Shown: positions 12,899 to 24,432 of the stretch, piece after piece
Layout: every line of letters begins with the position of its first letter
How positions within the stretch are numbered: the first letter of the stretch is position 1
Assembly: GCA_023515795.1 (NCBI GenBank)
Contig: JALGPX010000037.1
Location: 1 to 64,000, forward strand
DNA: 64,000 nt
Direction: 5' to 3'
Origin: Amoeboaphelidium occidentale
Lineage: Eukaryota
Notes under the pieces: generated by a model
What the model was told of the DNA's origin: nothing
The model's input: the letters and a program-made list of their open reading frames with translations, nothing else
Database searches by the model: none
Made by a program: the position numbers and the translations under genes

Positions 12899-13792
12899 AT
12901 GACTAGTTTTGAAACCATTGGGAATGATATAGACGAGGAAATACTTTATGATTACAATTATGAATTCGATGCTCCCAAGTTTTGCGATTTTGAAGAGCTT
13001 TCCTATGTTGAAACGGAGTATCTTTCTGTGCCAAAAATTAACTTTTGAAGTCTGGACACAAAATGGTTCAAAATGCTTCACTTAGACCATGAATATTCAC
13101 GAGAAGAAGAGGCATGGAACACCCAATTTAATGGGCCTCTTTTGCAAGATAATGGCGACCATGATGATTATGTTGAAGGTGAAACAAGTCCTGAATTCCC
13201 ACAGAGCAAGACAGATATCGCTCATTATACCCATCGCTTCATAAAAGATTTTTGCGCTTTAGAGGGATCAAAGTAAATTTTAGGCTATGAGGAGCTTATT
13301 TTAAGGAAATTTACAAGTTCTCTTAAACCACAACCGCCAAAGGTGAAGCTTGATCTGAGGATGGAATCACGCATTAAACAAGCACAGCAGTTTGGCCATC
13401 GAAATATAACAAGGAGGAATCGAGACGATCATGTATTTTTACAAGAAGAACAACAGAACTCTGGATTTATGAGGGTTTCAGCACAGGTTTGCGAGTTGAA
13501 TCTGAAATCGCGGCGGCAGAAGCGAGAGGAAGACGAAATAACAAAACTAATTCAAGCCCACAATAATCAAAACAAGCAAAAACGCGATGTCTCTAGGAAG
13601 GAGAACAAACCTGTGCAGAACACTATCAAAAATCGAGTGTCGCAGAAGCCAATAGTTATGTCTGCATCTGTAAAACAGATGATGAAACAGAAGAAAGACG
13701 AAGAGGATATCATGAAAATGTTGCAAAAGCACAATAGTTTAATTAAAGCACAAAGGCAAAACAAAGCCATGCCTGGGATCAAAGACAAGTAA
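12899..13792 (+). CDS. TPX2-like protein
   Basis: Spliced N-terminus reads YEFDAPKFCDF...DLDTKWF, resembling the TPX2 Aurora-binding motif; basic C-terminus with two similar helical segments. Confidence 0.5.
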
Positions 13793-15828
13793 TAAACATA
13801 GTCACTGATGTTATGATAATCATCACAAAGAATGATGGTAATAGAGCTGCCGAACTAGATGCCAATAAGTTAAGTTCTCGGTATTTTAGCGGATAAAGCA
13901 AGTCATTAGGTACAGTAGCCTCTGCTCTGTGCGGCACCCCTTTTGTAACTTGATATCCTTCATTACTCACTTGCACGAATGTTGCTGTCGATCTGATACT
14001 AAAAGGTTGCGCCTTTGAGGTGCCGTTACTGCTTATTCCGTCGCATTGCCCAGAGTAACATCGGTACTGGAAGCTTCCTGAAACATATTGAAATCGCGCT
14101 CCAACGATAGAATACTGAGGATTGTCAATCGAACCGAGAGGTACATAAAGTATCTGTATATCGAATTCTGTAAGAATGTTATCACAAAATGCACCAGAAC
14201 TTGAGCTTGACTAAAAGTTAGGGTTTTAGAACAAATTTTACCGCTTGCGCAGTGAATTCACTTGGAGGTGTTGTTCCACTTAGAGGAACCCATTGCGAAG
14301 GATCCACCGAGCTACTGCCGAACATTCCAACATGTGTAAATCCAGTATTGCCTCCTTTAAATTCATTGTCATCAAATAATGCACCAGTCTGATATTCAAG
14401 GACTCTCTTTCTGATTTCGCTACAATTGTTCATGAGATCTTGAGTTGTTAATTCTATAACGCATCCCGTAAGTATGTCTTCTCCGAATGTAACTGGGATG
14501 CGATAATTTAAATCTAAGTCAGTCGATCCTGTGCATTTCCCTGTTACTGGATTAGTTGCAGGTAAAGTCAATCCTTTGAGTATATTTGGAATAAATGACA
14601 TTGCGTCTTTTCCATTGCTTGACGTCAAGGTTCCGGCTAGAATAGGAGCGCCGCGAATGTATCCGGATGAGCCGGAGCTAGAATAAACTACGTCCGTGTC
14701 CAGTGCAGTATTTGAAATGAAGTAAGTCGAATATGTTTGAGTAACAACATTGCCCTTAACATCGGAAACTACAAGTTCAACGTAAACGGTTTTGACAGAC
14801 AATGAGGAGCTTGTATCATCATAGATAATAGTATAATTAAGCAAAGTCAAAGCGTTCTTGCAGACGTTGGTCACAGGATCAAAAACTGCTTGAGGATATT
14901 GAATAGCAGGGCTCGTAGTATTAGAGCTTCCGCTGCCACTGAAAGTGCAATTTTTCGCCTCTCCGGTTGTATCTAGGCATTGAATATTCCTTATAGTTAA
15001 AGGGACTGGATTTACGCCTCCAGGAACATCTGCGATTAATAACCTGTCGTTTACAAAGTAATTGGCGTCCAGTATTCCTCCAGTTCTACAAGTTGCTTCA
15101 AATGTGTCCTCTGAGAATACTCTTTTGCAACTTGTTGTTTCGCTTTCCAAGAATCTTGCAGGATTAGAATCAGTACACAGTCCCATTGAATCGGGTCTAG
15201 GCTGAGCCAAGTAACCCGTAACTTGAGAACCAGAACTCAAAAACTGGGCCTGAACAGGAGTCCCTGCTTTATAAATTCCATCCACAGTTGACGACTGATA
15301 TGTTGGATTATCAGAAACCAATGGACCAAGAGAATACTTGTTTGGTACAGAATTGACCTGCTCTGTAAACACAGCATCGTTTTGCACTGGACCAGGATTT
15401 TTAAAATAAGCTCCAGAGTAAGCATTATTATTGTACATTATGCACATTGATCCGGAAGATGTGTGTACATTCCCTACAGCAGCATTACTCTTGTAAAGTT
15501 GCGAACTGCAATAATACACTGATGATCTCCATGAGGTTGAATTACCACAGTATTGAAATGATTTCTTCTCTATAGCACTGCAGTCGGTATCACAGCAGCA
15601 GTTTATATCACACATGTTCACAGTTAGATCACACTCACATGTTCCAAGATCTTGAAACAGTTACAAATCATATTGGACTGAAGTCCTACCTGTATTTGTA
15701 TCAACTTGCTTTGCTGGTAAAGTGGAGTAGTCTACAGGAACAGGTTGGCCCAGTTGAAACCTGGAAGTCTCGCAAAGCACTGCACCCAAAACAATTGTTG
15801 CACTCAACAAGTAATTTGCAACGAACAT
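13779..15828 (-). CDS. TCTN: Tectonic family ciliary transition-zone protein
   Basis: Signal peptide, CECDLTVNMCDINCCCDTDC, SGSSGYIRGAPILAG, VTFGEDILTGC, hydrophobic C-terminus; two introns. Confidence 0.9.
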
Positions 15829-15887
15829 GGTCAAAACAAAATAAAGTAATTACACCTTCCCCGATTATGAATGTAATTATTCGTAAA

Positions 15888-16644
15888 ATGATCACAATGA
15901 GATCAATCTTCAGACTATCAAGCGTGAATCTCGTCAGGCCCTCGTACCAGTTCTCGAAGGCCAAGAAAAAAGCTACAGCTGTGGATAGCTCCACTGTAAA
16001 AGTATTCAACTTCAAGAAACACGAGGAGAGGATGCAGAAATGCGTGGAGAAATTCAAGCATGATCTAGCTGAATTGAGAATAGGTCGTGCTAATCCAAGT
16101 AATTACAAGATAAACACATCGGCTTACTGTAGAATTGCTCGATCCTGTTAAAGTATCATATGAGGGACAGAATGTTGGAATCGACGCTTTAGCTCGCGTT
16201 GTAGTGAAGGACAATCAATCGCTTAATGTTATTGTGTTCGATAAGTCTCATACCAAGATCATCGATAAGGCTATCCGAAGTGCTAATTTGAACTTAAATC
16301 CTATTTTAAAGGATGATCATGTTATCAATGTTCCTGTTCCAAAGTAATTTTAAGGATGTGCAATGCTAATCTTTAAGGATCACCCAAGAGTACAGAGATA
16401 AACTTGTGACAGATATCGGAAAGATGGTTGAACATAGTAAAGTACGTATAAGATATCATCGACAAGAAGCCAGAGATGATTTAAAGAAGGCGCATTTACC
16501 CAAAGACGACGATAAAATTATGGAACGCGAGGTTTGCTTAGCCTTTGAATGTATTAATTCTATTAGATACAACACAAGACTGACGAAATGTGCAAGCTAT
16601 TGGATGATCTAGCGAAGCAGAAGAGCAAAGAGCTGAAACAATAG
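15888..16644 (+). CDS. RRF1: Mitochondrial ribosome recycling factor
   Basis: LRIGRANP, IDKAIRSANLNLNP, VPVP; presequence-like N-terminus; three introns. Confidence 0.85.
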
Positions 16645-16693
16645 ATCCTTTCGTGCTTTTTTTTGACTTCAACTTCCCAAGCACAACATCGAG

Positions 16694-17260
16694 ATGAACA
16701 TTCGGCAAGCAACCGTGGACGATTTAATGGGAATGCAGAACTGCAACCTCTCAAATTTACCTGAAAACTATCAAATGAAGTATTATTTATACCACGCAAT
16801 ATCATGGCCTCAGTTGTCTTACGTTGCGGAGGATCATAAAGGCAGAATTGTTGGATACGTTTTGGCAAAGATGGAAGAGGACCTGGGAGGAAGTGGTGCA
16901 TCAGGCTCTGAAGTTCCGCATGGCCATATCACTTCCTTAGCAGTAATGAGAACTTACAGAAGATTAGGTTTAGCAGAGAAGCTTATGACCCAATCCCAAA
17001 AGGCAATGGTTGACAGTTTTGGCGCGCACTACGTATCTTTGCATGTAAGAAAGAGCAACCGAGCTGCACTTCAGCTATACCGAGATACTTTGAAGTTTCA
17101 GATATTCGAAATCGAAAAGAAGTATTACGCTGATGGCGAGGACGCTTACATGATGAAGAAAGACTTGACTCACCTAAGGACAGACCGTTCAAAGGATAAA
17201 GATGCGTCCGTAACTGTTGCAGCAGTGGAGAGTGGCGTTAAAGCACTTCAAGTTCAATAA
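16694..17260 (+). CDS. NAA10: NatA catalytic subunit
   Basis: [38 protein letters not shown]. Confidence 0.96.
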   Translation: MNIRQATVDDLMGMQNCNLSNLPENYQMKYYLYHAISWPQLSYVAEDHKGRIVGYVLAKMEEDLGGSGASGSEVPHGHITSLAVMRTYRRLGLAEKLMTQSQKAMVDSFGAHYVSLHVRKSNRAALQLYRDTLKFQIFEIEKKYYADGEDAYMMKKDLTHLRTDRSKDKDASVTVAAVESGVKALQVQ

Positions 17261-17329
17261 AATTATAATTACGGAAAGTGGCGCACTAAAAGATTTTCGA
17301 CAGAGCAACTTAACGGCGTTTATATTTCA

Positions 17330-17948
17330 ATGGAACACCGTACAGAACTTCAGGCCTTTGTTTCAGCGCTTCTTAAATTGGAAGAGTCCCTAAGATGCAG
17401 TTTATGGTAAGCATTTACGTTTTTCGAAGTCTTACAGCGAAGCCATCAGTTGTTTTACAATCCTCATACGATTAAGTCGTGTGGACACACGTTTTGCAGG
17501 TATCCCTTCTCTGTTTCAAGCTAACAAAAAGGAAATGCATAACNNNNNNNNNNNNNNNNNNNNNACAGCGAAGCCATCAGTTGTTTTACAATCCTCACAC
17601 GATTAAGTCGTGTGGACACACGTTTTGCAGGTATCCCTTCTCTGTTTCAAGCTAACAAAAAGGAAATGCATAACATCATATATTGGCGCCAAGTGTCAGT
17701 GCCCTACGTGTCAACTCCCAGCATATCTGGAAGATTTGTCTAGAAGTAGACAGCAGGATGCTATTGTCAAGAGCTGCAAGAAGATTCGTTGCAAAATAGC
17801 AGGTTCCGTGTATGTTTCAGACGATTCAAGCCCGTCTGCTTTTTATTCATGTACATCTACTCCTGCTAGTCGAAGTGATCATTACAATGATGCCTATGAA
17901 TCTCCTACAAAACGACCAAAAAACAGCCTCAGCAGAGGTCCCAAATGA
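17330..17948 (+). CDS. BARD1-like RING-only protein (spans gap and duplication)
   Basis: Spliced LEESLRCSLC...CGHTFCRKCI...CPTCQLPAYLEDL..SRQQDAIV. Confidence 0.65.
17434..17674. repeat. 110-bp direct duplication flanking an N-gap
   Basis: 17434-17543 vs 17565-17674 differ at one position (cat/cac). Confidence 0.9.
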
Positions 17949-17958
17949 AGAACTATTA

Positions 17959-19704
17959 CTAAGAGCCTAACTTTTCCAGTATCATCTCTCTAAGTGCACT
18001 GCTACTATTCTTCATGACGCCATTCATTACGACGTCGGGATATTTCTTGAATAACTCTGCCAAAGTGAGTTGTGCATTTAGCAGAACAAGATCGTGCTGG
18101 TTCTCCAATAGAATAATCAACATGTCTGTTATTGTTTTAATATCACCAGGCATCATCTTGTTCGCCATAATTAATTGTCTCAGTTGAAACACTGCATGAG
18201 CCAACACTTCAGGTTCTTGTTTATGATTAGAAATATCACGCATTACTTCCTTCAGCACGTTGATTTCTCCTTCATTTGCATTTGATAAACTCAAATCCAT
18301 CATTTTACTGTTCAGAGAGACATATGCGATCGTTTTCAATCTATGACGGTCTTCGTCTGATAAAAAGCTGTTGGCAAGTTTAAGCAATTCCTCGATAAAG
18401 TTCTGAAGTTCAGATACATTTCGCTTACTAAGAACTTGAACAAGAGATTCAGCCATAGACAATCCCAGAGAAAATAAATCCTGATCATTGAGCATTCTCG
18501 AGCAAGCCACAACTAAATCACGGTCATCCTGCAACTTTAAAACTTTATACAATTGCTTCGTGTAATACATCCATGCCAATTCTTTGTTTTTTAAGTATTG
18601 CTCAACGGAACCAGCGAATATTTTGATAAAAGTGTCATTCTTTAGCTGAAGATTCTGAAGAAATTTAACACAATCCGTTATCTTCCATTCTTTTTCCGTT
18701 AGAGTTTCATTTGTGATGTAAAATGAACCATCATCATTTGTAGATAATTTGGTATTCAGCCTCTTCTTTAGAAACAGAAATATTGTAGAATGGTCTCGAT
18801 AATTGTGATTTAATGCTCGCACGTCCGGCTGTAGATCCTGACCACTTAAATATAAATACTCGCAAATAGAAAATACGCGACATGAAAAGCTAGCAGTGAT
18901 GTCTTGCAGGTCATCATACTTTTCAAGAAGAGCGCAACATTGCATGCGCTGTTTCAACATTTCATATGTAACCTCTGTAACGAGAAAGAACTCATCAATT
19001 AAAGATCTGGTCTGACTTAGATAAGCATCCGAATGTAAGTAATAAGCCAAGCACCGTTCAGCTAGAAGAGAATATTTCAAACGTTCTTCATCTTCGCTTC
19101 CAATAGAATTCAATAGAAAATCAACAGCATTTTGCAGGCCAGCAACACTTAGAAGAAAGCATATTGTCTTGACAAGCTCATCTGATATTTCATTAGCGGA
19201 GCTGGCGAACAATCGAAACAGGCTCGACGCTCCGTTATCACGCAACAATCTGTTTAGCTCTTCGATGCATAAGTCCCTTAGAGACTTCTCAGCTTTTGAA
19301 GAATAGAGCAAAGACAAGTATAATTTGTACTGTTCAGCGACAGTTAACCGTTTAACAAAATAATCACGAACTTCTGTATTGCGGGCTTTCAATGCTAATC
19401 GCACCAACATTGTAGAGCATCTATGAGTCAAGGCCCTTAGAATCCACGTAGAGTGTCCTTCAGCATGCGCCATGATACTTTGAGCGAAATCGATTATCTC
19501 TTGCGGCGGGCTTTCCTTAACGAACAAAAGCACGGCAGCTGTGATAATCTTCTCTTGTGCGATAGATAGTAAAACCTCCTCATCAGCCACCTCTACCAGA
19601 ATATCATCAATTTTCAACAGTAAATCTTTCAATTCAGCCGTCTTTCGACCTTCCACGCATTCCTTTAGCGACTTTATTAATGCAACAAGCTCAGACTTGG
19701 CCAT
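17959..19704 (-). CDS. Helical-repeat protein, possibly Rtp1/TANGO6 family
   Basis: Intronless; C-terminal EVLAHAVFQLRQLI...LVLLNAQLTLAEL resembles the RTP1_C1 motif. Confidence 0.5.
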   Translation of the reverse strand: MAKSELVALIKSLKECVEGRKTAELKDLLLKIDDILVEVADEEVLLSIAQEKIITAAVLLFVKESPPQEIIDFAQSIMAHAEGHSTWILRALTHRCSTMLVRLALKARNTEVRDYFVKRLTVAEQYKLYLSLLYSSKAEKSLRDLCIEELNRLLRDNGASSLFRLFASSANEISDELVKTICFLLSVAGLQNAVDFLLNSIGSEDEERLKYSLLAERCLAYYLHSDAYLSQTRSLIDEFFLVTEVTYEMLKQRMQCCALLEKYDDLQDITASFSCRVFSICEYLYLSGQDLQPDVRALNHNYRDHSTIFLFLKKRLNTKLSTNDDGSFYITNETLTEKEWKITDCVKFLQNLQLKNDTFIKIFAGSVEQYLKNKELAWMYYTKQLYKVLKLQDDRDLVVACSRMLNDQDLFSLGLSMAESLVQVLSKRNVSELQNFIEELLKLANSFLSDEDRHRLKTIAYVSLNSKMMDLSLSNANEGEINVLKEVMRDISNHKQEPEVLAHAVFQLRQLIMANKMMPGDIKTITDMLIILLENQHDLVLLNAQLTLAELFKKYPDVVMNGVMKNSSSALREMILEKLGS

Positions 19705-19730
19705 TTGGAATTTGATTGTCAAGAATCAAT

Positions 19731-20102
19731 ATGAAAACAGTCAAAGAACTCGTGGATAATTCCAAAATCGGAAGGCTGAAGAAACAGAAGAAGCAGGCGC
19801 AATTGAAAGAGATAAAATGGGACGAAGAAGCACGCCAAGATTACTTGACAGGATTCCGGAAGCGAAAACAAGCGCGGATCCAAGCAAAGCGAGACAGAGC
19901 CGTTGCTAGAGAGAAAGAGGAACGGCGACAGGAGCGTCAAATGAAAAGGGACGCGTTAAAAGAACAAATAAGAGCAGCCACCGCGGGATCTATTGAAGAA
20001 GAAGAGTCAGAAGAACATGGCTCTGAACAAACACCCGAAGAACAGCAGCAAAAGTATAAAGGCTTCAAGACTGTTACATCTGTTAGCACAATAGAGTTAT
20101 AA
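19731..20102 (+). CDS. RRP17: Rrp17/Nol12 rRNA-processing protein
   Basis: WDEEARQDYLTGFRKRKQAR. Confidence 0.88.
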   Translation: MKTVKELVDNSKIGRLKKQKKQAQLKEIKWDEEARQDYLTGFRKRKQARIQAKRDRAVAREKEERRQERQMKRDALKEQIRAATAGSIEEEESEEHGSEQTPEEQQQKYKGFKTVTSVSTIEL

Positions 20103-20104
20103 CA

Positions 20105-21595
20105 TTATAGTTCAGATGTAGTTTTCTGATATTGATCAAGTCTCTGTTTCGCATAACTCAAGTAATCAAATCCCATAACATCATTGTGACATTCTTCGGC
20201 CGCTTGGATAATTCCCCATAATGCCCAATGCAAATGGGACAGTGGAATAAAGAATTCTGTTTCTTTGATCATGGCCTCAACTTCTTTCCTTCTGAATGTT
20301 GAAACCATGTGAGGTGTTAGCATAGGACTCAGAGACGGAGACATACTCGGACTAAAGAATGGGCTTTTTGTCAGAGTCTTCTTTGTCATGAACTCTGGAG
20401 TCATGTCAGGAGATAATGTTCCCATAGAAGAAGAGGATCCACGGGCTGGTCTATCAAAAAATGTCTTTGTAAATTTGTCTCTGCCGTCCAAGTAACCTTC
20501 AAAGAAATTTGCCATTTGTTCTCTAGACGGTAACTTGCTGAAATCCAAAACATGCGGTTGCTCTGAGTGATAATCAGCGGCCCATTCACAAAAATGATTA
20601 GCGAAATCAAAGCCTCTGTAATTGTAACAGGCGTATTCATAGTCGATTATACAAATCTTGTATCCGCTCTTGTCTGACTTTGATGGGACACGAAGAATAT
20701 TGCCATACTGAGAATCATTATGAGCAAATACGACAGGGTACTCATCCTTCATGGATTCAATTAAGCTCTTGTACTTATTAATGTCTTCCATTAAAGAAGT
20801 AATGTCCAAGGCATCAAGAGTTGAGCGCATTGAAGCTTTTCCTGTGTTTCTCAAAATATCCAAAGAACCCAACGCTTTGTGGTACCAGTCAAACAGCCTG
20901 TGCCATAACTCACTCTGATAGAAAGCGCCAATACTATGCTCATCAGGGGCAGGAGATCCTGGAGGAGGAATTACACCAACTAAACTATGAACTTCAAACA
21001 AACCAGCCCCAATAAGTTTTGATATTTTATCATCACGAACTTCAAATCTCGTAAGCGTTTCAGAATTCTCAAAGTATTTCTCAAATCTGCCATTCTTAAA
21101 CATTCCTAGCAACGTTGGACCTTGCGCACAGGAGGACAAAACTTGCAGTATCAACAGCTCACGCTGTCGTTCAAACAATTTATGTGAGCCGCTCCCATAG
21201 ACACGCACCAACAGAGATTTTCCATCTGCGTTTGTCAACTTAAAAATAGCATTCGTCATTGCAGCTGTTAATCGTTCCATTTTACAATCTTTCTGGTTCC
21301 ATTTAGGGACCAACTTTGTGGCGATTTCCAAAAGCTTTTGTTTTAGCGCAGGAGGATTAGACCAAAGCACCCGAAGATCCAAAACATCATCACAGCTTGT
21401 GTCGCATATTTTGATTTCCTTTGCTCTAATTCTGTTTGCCTTGATGAGTTTCTTGTATTGAGTCTCACGCCATTGTTCAAACAAAGTCGAATTGCTTTTT
21501 ACGCCACATGAAGGTATGTGGTACTTTGAGGTCGCTACAGGCAACGAAGGGGGTGGAAGTGATTCAAAAAAGCTGTTATTCTGTTGGCGATTCAT
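20105..21595 (-). CDS. Choline/ethanolamine kinase
   Basis: AMTN, LVRVYG, FAHNDSQYGNIL, IDYEY, DFANHFCEW. Confidence 0.93.
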   Translation of the reverse strand: MNRQQNNSFFESLPPPSLPVATSKYHIPSCGVKSNSTLFEQWRETQYKKLIKANRIRAKEIKICDTSCDDVLDLRVLWSNPPALKQKLLEIATKLVPKWNQKDCKMERLTAAMTNAIFKLTNADGKSLLVRVYGSGSHKLFERQRELLILQVLSSCAQGPTLLGMFKNGRFEKYFENSETLTRFEVRDDKISKLIGAGLFEVHSLVGVIPPPGSPAPDEHSIGAFYQSELWHRLFDWYHKALGSLDILRNTGKASMRSTLDALDITSLMEDINKYKSLIESMKDEYPVVFAHNDSQYGNILRVPSKSDKSGYKICIIDYEYACYNYRGFDFANHFCEWAADYHSEQPHVLDFSKLPSREQMANFFEGYLDGRDKFTKTFFDRPARGSSSSMGTLSPDMTPEFMTKKTLTKSPFFSPSMSPSLSPMLTPHMVSTFRRKEVEAMIKETEFFIPLSHLHWALWGIIQAAEECHNDVMGFDYLSYAKQRLDQYQKTTSEL

Positions 21596-21708
21596 TAGTG
21601 AAAACGAAACTGTTTCGGCGCAATCATGTGATTGGTTTCGTGCGCGCAAGTCATGCGTTCAAGGTTTACTCTGGTTGAAGCATTAAATATTCTATTGTCT
21701 CCGAGCTT

Positions 21709-22720
21709 TTAAACGAAAATATCATCCACGTCATCCCAGCTATCTAAGCACAGAGTTAGTATTCCAGGTTAGAGTAAATTACCTTCAGTGATCGCATCCC
21801 AGAATCTGTAAACGAATATAACTGCTACCAGGTTGAAAACCGAAGCAAATACAGTTCCGTTGACAGCACCTTTACTACTATTGCAGATGTCCGTATTAAT
21901 AGCGAAAGTAAACACTAAACTTAGTGCGAAGAATGCAAGTGCAGCAAAGAGATTAATAAGAGGCTTCTGATCTCCCAAGTTGCGCACAACAAGGACTGTC
22001 ATCAATATAGTATACATGATCACTAGGATCAAGGGAAAGACTAGATAAAGACCGTACAGAGTTGATGAGTTGTAGGGAATATTGGAGACTGTGTTGCCGA
22101 TTAAATCAAGTGGCACATCCAACGATACGATCGTCACCAAAGCAGTAACCAATAGACCTGCGAGTAGAGTTCCAAGAACTGACAATGCTCCTCCGTCTTC
22201 CACAAACTGGTAACCAACTAATCCATTAAGCATCAGTACGACAAAGAATCCAACGATGAATCCGATATGAATAGCCGAAACAATGTAGAGCACATCCACC
22301 CCAAAAAAGTTGCCACCGGAAAGGATCTGAAATAGCAAAGTGACAATATAGAAGGAGAACATGATTTCCATTTCTTTCCGGCCTATAAAAGTCAGGGCAA
22401 TCCATCAAAAATCGCTGGAACTTACCGACAGCAGCATACTTTGAATGTGCTCGGTACATCATCATTAGAGTCAGCACCATCGAGATCACACACACAATTA
22501 AGTCGCCTACAAGTTTGTTAGCTGCAGGCTGGAAGTCTTGGTTCTTACCTAAATTCCGAGAAGGTGATCCGCCAATATTGACCAGATTAACTTGGCAAGT
22601 TGGAAGGATAAGCTCTACGCCAGCGTTTATCTGTCCATCGGGAATCCACAAGTTGCAAACTGGTAAAGGGGCCTCTCTACAAATGGAGGCAAAATCTGCC
22701 CACTGTGCTCCTGTTAACAT
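21709..22720 (-). CDS. CHS7: Chitin synthase export chaperone Chs7
   Basis: FASICREAPLPVC, KYAAVGRKEM, LNGLVGYQFVEDG, FWDAITE; multiple TM segments; introns. Confidence 0.9.
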
Positions 22721-22834
22721 TTTCAAGTTGAGAAAGTTCCAAGATTCGAGTTTGCGAGTTACAATAGAAGGCGCAAACTTGATTGGCTGAAACTCTGGTT
22801 GCCGCAAGACGGATCATTGTCTATTTCAGATTGT

Positions 22835-23892
22835 TCACGAAAGTGCGTCTGCTTCGATTAAGAGAGCTTTCTGTACTCTTGCGAAAATAAGAGCCGTAGC
22901 GATGAGCACAGATATGCAAAGCATCACAATTACAACCCATTCTAAACTTTCTCCGTAGCTTTTACTGAGCAGTTCGTTGAGCATTTCCAATAGATCAGCA
23001 ACCACGCCTATCTTCTGGTTAATGATCTTGACTCTTTGACTGATTTCCAAGTACGCGCGAGTTGTTTCATACATTAGCACGTTTGAAGGATCTGTCCAAA
23101 AGTATTCGGGAGTGTCTAGAACTGCTGAGCCAAGTAGAATATTTGACCGCAAGTCGAATAAGCTTCCAATTTCTTTTATGCAGTCTTCCTTATTCATCTG
23201 TATTCTACCATATTTAGCCAAAGTCTTTGGTAACATCTAATAAATTATTAGAATCGTAAAAGCTAAATAGAATTTACGCCTGTGCGATCTAGCGATCGTT
23301 CAATAATGACTTCAAAGTAATTGAGTTTCACGCTTTGAGCGATTGCGCAGGATATCGCATACTTTACGAGATAATCCTCTTCTCGACCTAGAACGATAAT
23401 ATCATTAAATATCTTTGGCCTTTTGTTAATATCGTAAATGCAAGTGAATTCCTCAACTTCAAAATCTTCTTGGCTGTACATCTCGCTGGACGGCATTTGT
23501 GGTAAACTACTGATCATATCCAGTTCAGCATCAGCAGACTCATAATTCCACATGACTACTACGCCGTAACTGTAGTAAAATGTCTCTCTGAACGCAGGGC
23601 CTTCTGCTGCTCCAAATATCTTGTTCGTGCTCTGATCATTATCATTCAGCGATTGTCTAGCGTAGATGCAATCGTCAAACTGCCTCAGCATAAGTCCAGG
23701 CTGCCTCGACACATAAAAATAAAGAAATTTTAAATCATAATTGCTCGATGTAGCATAGGCAGACACTCTAATGGGCTCAGCCATTGTGGGTGATAACTCA
23801 ATCGTTGATCCAGCTCCAGTCCTCACTTGGGGGTTGTCATCCTGTGATAAAAGCACTAATTTCTGGCTAGTTCTCTTTGCTTTCAAAGACAT
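22835..23892 (-). CDS. RMD1: Rmd1/DUF155 family protein
   Basis: YSYGVVVMWN, AIAQSVKLNYFE, LDTPEYFW, YLEISQRV, LEWVVI; one intron. Confidence 0.9.
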
Positions 23893-24130
23893 CCGCAGAA
23901 ATTCTTAAAGCCAAAAAGGAAATACGGAGTTTTAAGTGGTTTTGAAAACAAAATTCAACATGTTTTGCGATAAGACGTAATCGAGCGATATCTTGCACAG
24001 TTAGAAGTTCCCACAACATGCCCACGCGCATGGCATTCTCAAGCTATATGTTCTTTCTTATCATCATAAGTGTGTGCTGTTTGAAGCTAGTCACAAAACT
24101 CCATTGAAACATGATCATCCGCTCTAAAGG

Positions 24131-24432
24131 ACTCAAGACGCTACGCCATTGCCTGATAAGCCGTGGATTTAAGCTTAGCTATCCCATCGCTCCATCAGAG
24201 CCCTTTAATAACACATCCTTTTCTATTTCCCGAGTCGAAACGATGCCTAAGAAAAGAATCGTGTACAGCAGNNNNNNNNNNNNNNNNNNNNACTCAAGAC
24301 GCTACGCCATTGCCTGATAAGCCGTGGATTTAAGCTTAGCTATCCCATCGCTCCGTCAGAGCCCTTTAATAACACATCCTTTTCTATTTCCCGAGTCGAA
24401 ACGATGCCTAAGAAAAGAATCGTGTACAGCAG
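24131..24432. repeat. 141-bp direct duplication flanking an N-gap
   Basis: 24131-24271 vs 24292-24432 differ at one position (ctccatc/ctccgtc). Confidence 0.9.
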
